Assembly: GCA_002010215.1 (NCBI GenBank)
Contig: MTMY01000001.1
Location: 1 to 52,401, forward strand
DNA: 52,401 nucleotides
DNA from: Archaeoglobus sp. JdFR-37
GTDB lineage: Archaea; Halobacteriota; Archaeoglobi; Archaeoglobales; Archaeoglobaceae
Direction of reading: 5' to 3'
Part shown: positions 40,205 through 47,710 of the stretch, in pieces
Layout of the letters: every line of letters begins with the position of its first letter
Numbering within the stretch: the first letter of the stretch is position 1
Position numbers and translations under genes: made by a program
The notes under the pieces: generated by a model
Told to the model about the DNA's origin: nothing
The model's database searches: none
The model's input: only the letters and a program-made list of their open reading frames with translations

Positions 40205-41167
40205 TTACTCACCCTCCCTTAATTCTCCACAATCATTACTGGGTTTCTTTGGCTCTCTTTCTTCAGGTGTCTCATTGCTTTGTTCTTCGTTTTCGATTAC
40301 TTCGATCCATGAGATTTCATCCCAGGGGACAGAGACGATACCAATACTCTTCAAAAAGATGCTCTGGTCAGTCAGATCCCATAGATTACCACTAATCACC
40401 CCACATGAAGTGCAAATTTTTAATTTAGGAAAAATACCTCTGAAATCATCTATTTTGTCGAGTTCGATTAATCTTTGGACTCCCCTTTTAATACGGGTGC
40501 CTATTATACGATCAAGTATTGTAAAGAAGAACAGAAAGAACAGAATTATTAGAGAGTATGCTGAAAGTTTTGTGGGGTAGATATCTGGAATGATATTTGT
40601 GTTGAACAATATTGACAGTGATATTGCTATATAGAGCAAGTTTCCCCAAAAAATAAAACTGTAAAAGACCAAATTTTTATATATGGGTTCTTTTAATTTT
40701 TTAAAATTCATTGGTTCTATTATAACCAAATAGAAAAAAATAATGAGGATAAAAGTTATAACTAGTGAAGCGGTGAGTGCTATGCTTAGTATCATCGACA
40801 ATTCAATTAGTTTTGATAATTTAAAAATATATAGATTGAGAATTGATGATTCATAATACATCTCGATAGTGGCGACGACTATGGAGAAAAAGAGGCCAAT
40901 GAATATTGGAATGATGACTTTCTTAGGCCTTATTTCGTCATGCACAGATAAATAAAAATTTCTTACACTTCTAGACATTTCAAAAATATTTTTAAAAAAT
41001 AGTATCCTTTTTGTCTTTCGTTTGACTAATTCTCCTTTTTTGAGCTTTAAATCATAAACAAAAGCAATGAAAGTCAAAACTCCGATTATAGGAGATACTG
41101 ATTGATTTAACTCCTGTAATAACTGGGTAAATCCCTGAAATACTTGAACAGCCTCAATTGTTGCCAT
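40205..41167 (-). CDS. AT-rich multi-TM protein with possible C-terminal Sm-like beta domain
   Basis: ~5 TM; KICTSCGVISGNLWDLTDQSIFLK...VPWDEISWIEV. Confidence 0.6.
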   Translation of the reverse strand: MATIEAVQVFQGFTQLLQELNQSVSPIIGVLTFIAFVYDLKLKKGELVKRKTKRILFFKNIFEMSRSVRNFYLSVHDEIRPKKVIIPIFIGLFFSIVVATIEMYYESSILNLYIFKLSKLIELSMILSIALTASLVITFILIIFFYLVIIEPMNFKKLKEPIYKNLVFYSFIFWGNLLYIAISLSILFNTNIIPDIYPTKLSAYSLIILFFLFFFTILDRIIGTRIKRGVQRLIELDKIDDFRGIFPKLKICTSCGVISGNLWDLTDQSIFLKSIGIVSVPWDEISWIEVIENEEQSNETPEEREPKKPSNDCGELREGE

Positions 41168-41179
41168 TTAAATAGCCTC

Positions 41180-41356
41180 CTATAATTCTTTGATAATTGA
41201 TAAAAAAATTATAATCATCAATAAAATCCCTATAATCCAAATAAACCAAACGTTAAACCCAGTTATTATAGCAATTTGTGGTAAGACTATGAAGAAGAAT
41301 ACAATTACGAGGAAGATCGCTACTATTGTTTCCATTATAGCTTCTATCAACCCCAT
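41180..41356 (-). CDS. 58-aa two-TM membrane protein (below ORF-track cutoff)
   Basis: MGLIEAIMETIVAIFLVIVFFFIVLPQIAIITGFNVWFIWIIGILLMIIIFLSIIKEL*; GGAGG RBS. Confidence 0.6.
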   Translation of the reverse strand: MGLIEAIMETIVAIFLVIVFFFIVLPQIAIITGFNVWFIWIIGILLMIIIFLSIIKEL

Positions 41357-41357
41357 C

Positions 41358-41450
41358 TTAATCTTCCTCCATCAATTCCCCAATAAACTTCTCTGGATCT
41401 TTAGGAGGAGCCTGAGAATGATATTCCTCAAACTCCTTTTCCATCTCCTC
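41358..41450 (-). pseudogene. Relic 3' end of a paralogous wHTH repressor gene
   Basis: Translates EEMEKEFEEYHSQAPPKDPEKFIGELMEED*, versus EQIEKEFEEYHSHLPKEPDKFINELLEDK* of 41858-42199. Confidence 0.85.
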
Positions 41451-41470
41451 TTGCTGGACGATTTATCCAC

Positions 41471-41815
41471 CTAAATTGGCTCAGCATCGACTTTGTAGGA
41501 ATAATTCACACCGTATTCCCCGTCAAGAGTTAAAGTAACCTTAGTACTTTCACCCTTCTTAAGGTAGATAACTTCAGAAGCAGAATCTCTTGTTTGCCCA
41601 GTATCGGATATAAGCTGTGCAGAGACTTTAATATTTCCATCTACCCCATTATTTTTGACCCATATCTCAATTGTGTATACTACTCCTTTAGAAAGACTGA
41701 AATCTGGTGTTGCTCTTGATTGTAATATTACTGGATCTGGTTTGTTTGGAGTTGAGCAGCCGCTAAACAATATTGCAATCATAGCAACTGCGATTAACAT
41801 GTAAAATCTTTTCAT
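41471..41815 (-). CDS. Viral lipoprotein with a single beta-sandwich-like domain
   Basis: Lipobox ILFSGC; beta-rich mature part. Confidence 0.75.
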   Translation of the reverse strand: MKRFYMLIAVAMIAILFSGCSTPNKPDPVILQSRATPDFSLSKGVVYTIEIWVKNNGVDGNIKVSAQLISDTGQTRDSASEVIYLKKGESTKVTLTLDGEYGVNYSYKVDAEPI

Positions 41816-41857
41816 GGGAATTATTGGTTGAATATCTACTTAAATTTTGCTGTTTAG

Positions 41858-42199
41858 TTATTTATCCTCTAACAGTTCATTGATAAATTTATCAGGCTCT
41901 TTTGGCAAGTGAGAGTGATATTCTTCAAATTCCTTTTCAATCTGCTCAAGTAACTGAACAACTTTTTTACCAAGAGGGGAGAGCTGGTAAGCTTTGGATC
42001 CTGTAGGGGTATCGAATACTAAGTTAATCTGAATAAGACCGAGATTCGAAAGCTCACGAATGCTCAAGCTTAACGTGCTTTGATCTACAATTTTCAGGAG
42101 ATCGCTCCATCTTTTAGGCCCATCTTTAAGGGCAAAAAGTGTCTTGTAGTTTCCAGATTTTGACAGCTTTTTGAGGAGTTCCAAACCATCTTTGTTCAT
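41858..42199 (-). CDS. Winged-helix (HxlR-like) regulator, putative provirus repressor
   Basis: LKDGPKRWSDL...STLSLSIRELSNLGLI...YQLSPLGK. Confidence 0.8.
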   Translation of the reverse strand: MNKDGLELLKKLSKSGNYKTLFALKDGPKRWSDLLKIVDQSTLSLSIRELSNLGLIQINLVFDTPTGSKAYQLSPLGKKVVQLLEQIEKEFEEYHSHLPKEPDKFINELLEDK

Positions 42200-42278
42200 C
42201 TGGTAACTCTGTTAGCATCCTATTATTTAAGATGGTATTTATGCCCTAGCTTAACCTCTTTGTTATTTTTGAACTTAC

Positions 42279-42340
42279 TTTGTGATTCCACAAACTATAA
42301 ATATTTGGAATTCTCCAAACTACTTTGGAGGTTGACAAAC
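42279..42340. promoter_or_regulatory. Divergent promoter region with three TTTG-N8-CAAA operator-like sites around TATAAATA
   Basis: Sites at 42279-42294, 42304-42319 and 42324-42339. Confidence 0.7.
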
Positions 42341-42523
42341 ATGCAGGTGTGGAGTAATGTTCCAGATGAGTGGAAACCCAAGATAGAGAAAGCAATGAAG
42401 GCAATGGGCGTAGAGAACAACGTAAGCCGCTACATCTGGCTTCTCGTCTGGCAGAACCTCAGAGAACTTGGGCTCCTTGGCGTCAAAAACGGTGAATCTG
42501 AGAAAACTGTTCTGGAGGGTTGA
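42341..42523 (+). CDS. Ribbon-helix-helix (CopG-like) regulator
   Basis: MQVWSNVPDEWKPKIEKAMKAMGVENNVSRYIWLLV strand-helix-helix pattern; GGAGG RBS. Confidence 0.6.
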   Translation: MQVWSNVPDEWKPKIEKAMKAMGVENNVSRYIWLLVWQNLRELGLLGVKNGESEKTVLEG

Positions 42524-42732
42524 AAATGGGATTTTTGATTGGACTTCTAGAAAGAAGCTCTTGGTTCGGTTTCGGAATAATGATTGGAGCGATGGCAATG
42601 CAGCATTTCAGCGATTTCACGCTCGTATATTCCTCAGGATTCCTGATATGGGCTGCGATGTTCTTCAGTGCCTTCTACTTGTCGGAGAAGGAGAGGCGAA
42701 AGAGAGCGAATAAGACTATTCTGGAGGGCTAA
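42520..42732 (+). CDS. Small 2-TM membrane protein
   Basis: Two hydrophobic helices; ends KTILEG like the upstream gene. Confidence 0.55.
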   Translation: MKMGFLIGLLERSSWFGFGIMIGAMAMQHFSDFTLVYSSGFLIWAAMFFSAFYLSEKERRKRANKTILEG

Positions 42733-42833
42733 GCCATGAACTTCCTCCGAATCCTCTGGCTGGTCTGGACTGGCAAACTGAGATACCCGCCAGTCAGGAG
42801 GTGCTGGGGAAATTACCCTCGGAGGTGCTACCC

Positions 42834-42959
42834 TTGATATCCGTAACCGCTGAGTGCTCCTTTTGCGGTAAGCGACTCTCACAGGATCAGATCATTCTCC
42901 TTGGATGCTGCCCTCTCTGCCAGTCATGCTATGAGAGTTTGAGGAGGGTTAAGCCATGA
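42834..42959 (+). CDS. 41-aa zinc-finger protein
   Basis: TTG start with GGAGGTG RBS; CSFCG...LCQSCYE. Confidence 0.55.
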   Translation: MISVTAECSFCGKRLSQDQIILLGCCPLCQSCYESLRRVKP

Positions 42960-43114
42960 GGGCTGAGAAGTGCCACGCATTTTCTCAGTTTTCACCTACC
43001 CGCTGCCTTCTGCCAAATCCCAGGATTTGTCGTCATTTCGACATCAGAGAATACCTGTGCTCCCAGCCCTGGCTAAGAGAGCTGAGAGGGGAGGTGGGTG
43101 TGGTTGTTCGTTAG
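42956..43114 (+). CDS. 52-aa Cys-containing viral protein
   Basis: MRAEKCHAF...; GGAGG RBS, ATGA overlap. Confidence 0.45.
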   Translation: MRAEKCHAFSQFSPTRCLLPNPRICRHFDIREYLCSQPWLRELRGEVGVVVR

Positions 43115-43238
43115 CGCCCTTGACCTGCTGATAGAGTCCGGCAGATGTCCATGCCAGGGGGAGCTAGAGAAAACTCCCACAGGCTGGAGATGCACCCGCT
43201 GTAGCTGGGAAATTGTAGAGGTTAGTAGAGATGCCTGA
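43098..43238 (+). CDS. 46-aa zinc-ribbon protein
   Basis: GTG start with GGAGGTG RBS; RCPCQGEL...WRCTRCSW. Confidence 0.55.
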   Translation: MWLFVSALDLLIESGRCPCQGELEKTPTGWRCTRCSWEIVEVSRDA

Positions 43239-43410
43239 GGTCAAGTATCCGGGGCTGAACCGCATGGCAGAGGAGTTGAGCAGGATTCTGAACAAACATC
43301 CAGCAGCAGTTCGCAATACCATCCTGAGCAACGTGAAGCACTTGCTTGAGAACATTCCGCCTGATGAGCTTCTCTCAATCTTTGAGGAGGATGGGGAAGA
43401 TGGACGATGA
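43231..43410 (+). CDS. 59-aa viral hypothetical protein
   Basis: MPEVKYPGLNRMAEELSRIL...; overlaps both neighbours. Confidence 0.5.
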   Translation: MPEVKYPGLNRMAEELSRILNKHPAAVRNTILSNVKHLLENIPPDELLSIFEEDGEDGR

Positions 43411-43612
43411 GACTCTCTGGGCTATCGCCCTGAACGGTTCTCCCATTGCTGCCGCCATAGCTCTCGCCATCCTTGATGAGAGGCTTGGAGGGAAAATCTC
43501 CGAGCTGAAAAAGAAGCTGGATGAGATGTATGCTCCCCACCGCAGGAGCGGTATGGCCGGTGAAATCCCGGCGGGGAGCAGGAAAGGAGGTGTGACATAT
43601 GGCAGAGGTTAA
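43400..43612 (+). CDS. Viral hypothetical protein
   Basis: MDDETLWAIAL... (internal start of ORF-track 43346..43612). Confidence 0.5.
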   Translation: MDDETLWAIALNGSPIAAAIALAILDERLGGKISELKKKLDEMYAPHRRSGMAGEIPAGSRKGGVTYGRG

Positions 43613-43919
43613 GGAGGCCGGAAAGATCGGGAAGGTGGAAAAGGTTGAGAATGGAAACGGAAACGGAGAGAAAGCAACCAAAAAGCCAGTTGAGACGGTG
43701 AACATCTTCACCAGCAACGGGATGCTTAGTTTCAGCGTGTGGGAGGGAGGCAGCATAAGCGTCAGAGTTAGCAGGAGGAAGGATGGAAGCGATGAGTACG
43801 AGAACGTCTGGAGCGGCAGGATAAACCCGGTTGACTTCATAAGCCAGTTTGGAGAGCTCAGGACTGTTGCAAAGACAGCCCAGGATGAGCTTAAGAAGAT
43901 TTTAGGCCAGGAAATCTGA
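43599..43919 (+). CDS. Putative PC4-like ssDNA-binding protein
   Basis: KPV...GMLSFSVWE..SISVRVSRR..EY pattern; GGAGGTG RBS; upstream of rep. Confidence 0.45.
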   Translation: MAEVKEAGKIGKVEKVENGNGNGEKATKKPVETVNIFTSNGMLSFSVWEGGSISVRVSRRKDGSDEYENVWSGRINPVDFISQFGELRTVAKTAQDELKKILGQEI

Positions 43920-43946
43920 TCTCCCTTTTTATTTTATGACAGGAGG

Positions 43947-44288
43947 GTGAAGATGCCTGAATATTATCGAAGTATTGAGCTCAACTTCGGGAATGAGGAG
44001 ATTAGCTTTGGTTTTTACTACGACAGCAAGAAGCACAGATACCTGATTTCTATTAACTACGGGGAGGAATATATCAATGTCACGAGAAAAGAGGGAGAGA
44101 CGATTCTCGCTTTTCTGAAAATACTCAAGGACTTCCTTGGAAGTCGAAATAATCTTCGAATTCCTAGAAGCGGATCTTCTTCTAAAGATTCTTCGAGTAG
44201 GTCCGACTCTCGAGACGTCGAAAGAGCATTAGACTTCTTGGAAGAGGCAGCTGCCTCTAAAATTTCTTCGACTCCCAAGGAGGTTTAA
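43947..44288 (+). CDS. Viral hypothetical protein; 3' half overlaps a structured DNA region
   Basis: GGAGGG RBS; Ser-rich low-complexity C-terminus. Confidence 0.5.
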   Translation: MKMPEYYRSIELNFGNEEISFGFYYDSKKHRYLISINYGEEYINVTRKEGETILAFLKILKDFLGSRNNLRIPRSGSSSKDSSSRSDSRDVERALDFLEEAAASKISSTPKEV

Positions 44289-44305
44289 TCAACTCAAACA
44301 TTAGC

Positions 44306-46177
44306 ATGAAGCGGGTTGTTGTTGCTGTCTCTCCCTTCGCAGAACCCCACGAATTTTTAGGAGTAGATGGGGAAGTCTATTCTGTTGTTCCTAACGCTGT
44401 TCTAATTCTCCCTGAGCTTAATGCTAGGGTTTTGGAGAAGCATAAGCTGGCCAGGATAGTTGGGGAATATAAAGAGCCGGAAGAAGATCCCTTTGAGCGG
44501 TGGCAGAGGGAAAGCATTGACCCCCTGGACTTCCTGGAAGACCCATCGGATGATCCTATCAAAGCATGGGCTGAGGCAGAGCTTCAAAAAGAATACTCCA
44601 AACCCTCACCAGACCTCAACCGCATCGTAGAGCTCCGCATGATAGCAAAGGGCCTCAACCCTGTGGCGATTCTAAGCAACGACACAACCAGGCCCTCACC
44701 AGCCACTCCGACCCAATCCCACCAGGGGAGCCCCACGGGTTTATCTCGACCCTTTAGTAATACGGTACAGGCCCAAAATTTTGAGGATTTTATTGAAGAG
44801 GATGAATTCAAATATGAGGGGCAGAAGCTGAGGCGAGCCCTTGAAACCTTCGGGCTTAGGTGTATTACAACGCTGCAGGCTGTCAGGATCTCTGGCCTTA
44901 ATCAGATTGATTTGAGCGGTTATGCGATTCTCGATTATGGTTATACGAGGGTTGAGCTGCATGAGGAGTTTGCCAGGCTTTTACATGATTTGGGGTATAA
45001 TCTCGAGAAGGATTTTGCCTTAACGCTTCTCTTTGAGGAGTATCGTTGCGAAAAGCACGGTTATGTTTACAAACCCGTCATAGACTGGGAAAAGAAGTTC
45101 TTCAATGAGGATGGAGACAGGAAGAAAAGCTTTAAGCTGATTGCCGGGCGCTTGCATCCCTTAAAGAAGTATTCGGACAGTAAGCGCTACTCAGCCTTAA
45201 AGCTGGAGCAGATTAGGGCGATAAATGACGTTGCCAGCCAGGAGGCTGTTAGCTATAGAGTTTTTGATGGGTTCCTTAAGAAGGTGAGGCAGAGGGATTT
45301 AGCTTTGCTCTGGATGGTGTTTACGATTCCTGATAAGCTGAGTAAGGATTTCGCCAGCTATACGCTTGCCCATCCTGGGAAAGTAGAGGATCTGATGAGA
45401 AAAGCTGTTAGATCCACCCTTAAGAGGTTCCTTAGGAAATACCTGAAGAAACATGAGAACGTTCCATTATATGGCGATTTCAAGATGGGCGGGCTTATGA
45501 ACATCCATATCTGGAGCAGCAGCGAGCCAACAAAGCCCCATTTCCACGTTCACGTCATGCTCTGGAACATCGTTATCCATGAGGGAGAGATTATCAGGTT
45601 CAGCCCCTATTTCCCCAAGGAGTGGCTTGCAGAGCTCAGGAAGCTCTGGGCCAGTGAGCTCAGGAAGAGGGTTAAGAAGAGCGACATTTACGTTTGGACT
45701 GACCCCTTCCGCTGGGAGGAGGATTTTGATTCTTTCAACATCTACACCTCATACACCTGGCTGGACAAGGATGAGAGCGGAGAGCTGGAGGAGGCTGGCA
45801 GAATTGCTCATCATCTCCGCTACAACTCCCGAAAGGCTGTTGTTGATCTCAACGAGTTCTTTTACTCTGGAGTTAGGGCTGATGAGCTTACTGACAAGGA
45901 GAAAGAGTGGGTGAAGTTTCTCCTTGAATACAGCAACAGAACCAGCAATTTTGGCTTTATGAACAACTGGCGGAAGGTGTTTGGGATAAGGAGAGATGTG
46001 GTAGAAGAGTTTCTGGAGAGGCTCCAGAAGGAGCATTATGAGTATTGCCCGATCTGTAAGGCTAAGCTGGAATACGTCAGGCTCACCACTATTGATGAGG
46101 TGGTGAGGCGTAGGCGTCTGTTGGTGCTGTGGTATTTTGATAGAAGGATGAATATTGAGGTTTGGAGGGGGTTATAG
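44306..46177 (+). CDS. rep: HUH rolling-circle replication initiator with N-terminal GINS-B-like domain
   Basis: Motif I MVFTIP, motif II PHFHVHV, motif III LRYNSRK, C-terminal CPIC. Confidence 0.8.
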   Translation: MKRVVVAVSPFAEPHEFLGVDGEVYSVVPNAVLILPELNARVLEKHKLARIVGEYKEPEEDPFERWQRESIDPLDFLEDPSDDPIKAWAEAELQKEYSKPSPDLNRIVELRMIAKGLNPVAILSNDTTRPSPATPTQSHQGSPTGLSRPFSNTVQAQNFEDFIEEDEFKYEGQKLRRALETFGLRCITTLQAVRISGLNQIDLSGYAILDYGYTRVELHEEFARLLHDLGYNLEKDFALTLLFEEYRCEKHGYVYKPVIDWEKKFFNEDGDRKKSFKLIAGRLHPLKKYSDSKRYSALKLEQIRAINDVASQEAVSYRVFDGFLKKVRQRDLALLWMVFTIPDKLSKDFASYTLAHPGKVEDLMRKAVRSTLKRFLRKYLKKHENVPLYGDFKMGGLMNIHIWSSSEPTKPHFHVHVMLWNIVIHEGEIIRFSPYFPKEWLAELRKLWASELRKRVKKSDIYVWTDPFRWEEDFDSFNIYTSYTWLDKDESGELEEAGRIAHHLRYNSRKAVVDLNEFFYSGVRADELTDKEKEWVKFLLEYSNRTSNFGFMNNWRKVFGIRRDVVEEFLERLQKEHYEYCPICKAKLEYVRLTTIDEVVRRRRLLVLWYFDRRMNIEVWRGL

Positions 46178-46190
46178 ACCTTAGAGGAGG

Positions 46191-46208
46191 ATAGCCCCGC
46201 GGGGATTC
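46191..46208. repeat. att site overlapping the tRNA-Gln 3' end
   Basis: ATAGCCCCGCGGGGATTC, identical to 29985-30002. Confidence 0.93.
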
Positions 46209-46264
46209 GAACCCCGGTCGCCGGCTCCAAAGGCCGGCATGATTGACCGCTACACCACGGGGCT
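46192..46264 (-). tRNA. tRNA-Gln (anticodon TTG), no intron, CCA not encoded
   Basis: Reverse complement AGCCCCGTGGTGTAGCGGTCAATCATGCCGGCCTTTGGAGCCGGCGACCGGGGTTCGAATCCCCGCGGGGCTA folds as a cloverleaf. Confidence 0.97.
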
Positions 46265-46339
46265 TTCAATGGTTGTCAAGTAATAAGTGACAACTGCAAA
46301 CATTTAAATTCTACGGCTCGTTGCCTCTTCGGAGGTGGG

Positions 46340-47671
46340 ATGTTGGAATGGTTTGAAAAATATTTCAGGTTTTCAGAGTACGGAACCGATCTGAGAACAG
46401 AGACCATCGCAGGGCTTACGACTTTTATGACAATGGCATACATCATCTTCGTGAATCCTGCCATTCTGAGCGATGCTATTGGTAAAGAGGCGATACCAAG
46501 CCTGGTAACTGCAACTGCAGCCTCAGCAGGAATTGCAACCATCATCATGGGACTGTATGCCAGAAAGCCCTTTGCCTTGGCTCCAGGCATGGGCCTCAAT
46601 GCCTATTTTGCCTACGGTGTCGTTCTCGGAATGGGTTATCCATGGCAGGTTGCTCTTGCAGCAGTATTCGTAGAAGGGCTGATATTCATCGTTCTGTCAA
46701 TAACACAGCTCAGAACTGCAGTTATCAACGCAATTCCATTGAGCCAGAAATACGCAATTGGAGCAGGTATCGGTCTTTTCCTTACCCTCATTGGCCTGAA
46801 ATCGGCAGGCATAGTTGTTCCCAATGAAGCAACCATAATAGCTCTCGGAACTCAGAACATGGCTCAGCCATCTTTCTGGCTGGCAATATTCGGTGTATTC
46901 TTCGCCGCATCCCTTATGGTCAGGAGAATTCCCGGAGCTCTGCTTATTTCCATCATAGTTACGACGGTTCTGGCCATCATTGCCGGAGTAGCCTCAGCTC
47001 CCGAGAAAATTCTGGAGTTTCCGACTGTCGAGTACACGTTCTTCCATATGGACTTGGCAGGACTGCTCAATGTAGGAGCGATAGGCGTTGTTTTCGCTTT
47101 CTTCATGGTGGACTTCTTCGACACCCTTGGAACTGTTGCCGGACTGAGCGCAAAGGCAGGGTTTTTGAGAGAGGATGGCAGCATACCTGATGCAGACAAA
47201 GTGCTCCTCACCGATGCTATCGGAACCACCTTTGGAGCAGTCATGGGCACTTCAACAGTAACAACCTACATCGAAAGTGCTGCAGGTATTGAGGAAGGAG
47301 GTAGAACGGGATTCGTGGCTCTGGTAGTGGGGGCTCTTTTCCTGATCGTTGGTCTCTTCGTCTCGCCAATCGCAGCCATCATTCCTGCTGCAGCCACAGC
47401 TCCAGCCCTGATCATCGTGGGCTTTCTAATGATGAGCGTTGTAAAAGAGATTGACTTCACAGACCTGACAGAAGCTATTCCCGCATTCTTCGTCTTGGTG
47501 ACAATCCCATACACATTCTCCATTGCAGACGGGATTGGTGCAGGCTTCATCAGCTATGCAGTGCTCAAGGTGATTGCAGGAAAGTGGAAGGAAGTGCACC
47601 CACTACTATATGCTCTGGCAATAGTCTTTGCCGCCTATTTCCTGTACCTCGGCGGTATTATAAGCATCTGA
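46340..47671 (+). CDS. NCS2/AzgA-family purine permease
   Basis: AGLTTFMTMAYIIFVNP, APGMGLNAYF, YIESAAGIEEGGRTG. Confidence 0.93.
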   Translation: MLEWFEKYFRFSEYGTDLRTETIAGLTTFMTMAYIIFVNPAILSDAIGKEAIPSLVTATAASAGIATIIMGLYARKPFALAPGMGLNAYFAYGVVLGMGYPWQVALAAVFVEGLIFIVLSITQLRTAVINAIPLSQKYAIGAGIGLFLTLIGLKSAGIVVPNEATIIALGTQNMAQPSFWLAIFGVFFAASLMVRRIPGALLISIIVTTVLAIIAGVASAPEKILEFPTVEYTFFHMDLAGLLNVGAIGVVFAFFMVDFFDTLGTVAGLSAKAGFLREDGSIPDADKVLLTDAIGTTFGAVMGTSTVTTYIESAAGIEEGGRTGFVALVVGALFLIVGLFVSPIAAIIPAAATAPALIIVGFLMMSVVKEIDFTDLTEAIPAFFVLVTIPYTFSIADGIGAGFISYAVLKVIAGKWKEVHPLLYALAIVFAAYFLYLGGIISI

Positions 47672-47710
47672 AAGCTGAAAGCTTAAATAGCTCAACATCC
47701 TACTTTTTTT

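Larger units (their letters stand above)
29985..46208. mobile_element. Integrated pleomorphic-virus-like provirus (~16.2 kb) in tRNA-Gln
   Basis: 18-bp direct repeats at both ends, integrase, spike/membrane/NTPase block, HUH Rep. Confidence 0.9.

Noticed and set aside
44306..46177. IS91/IS200-type transposase
   Set aside because: HUH motifs are shared, but there are no IS ends, and the position at the end of a viral early operon after an SSB-like gene favours a replication initiator
46036..46269. 77-aa minus-strand ORF
   Set aside because: It is a translation of the tRNA-Gln gene and the antisense of the rep 3' end
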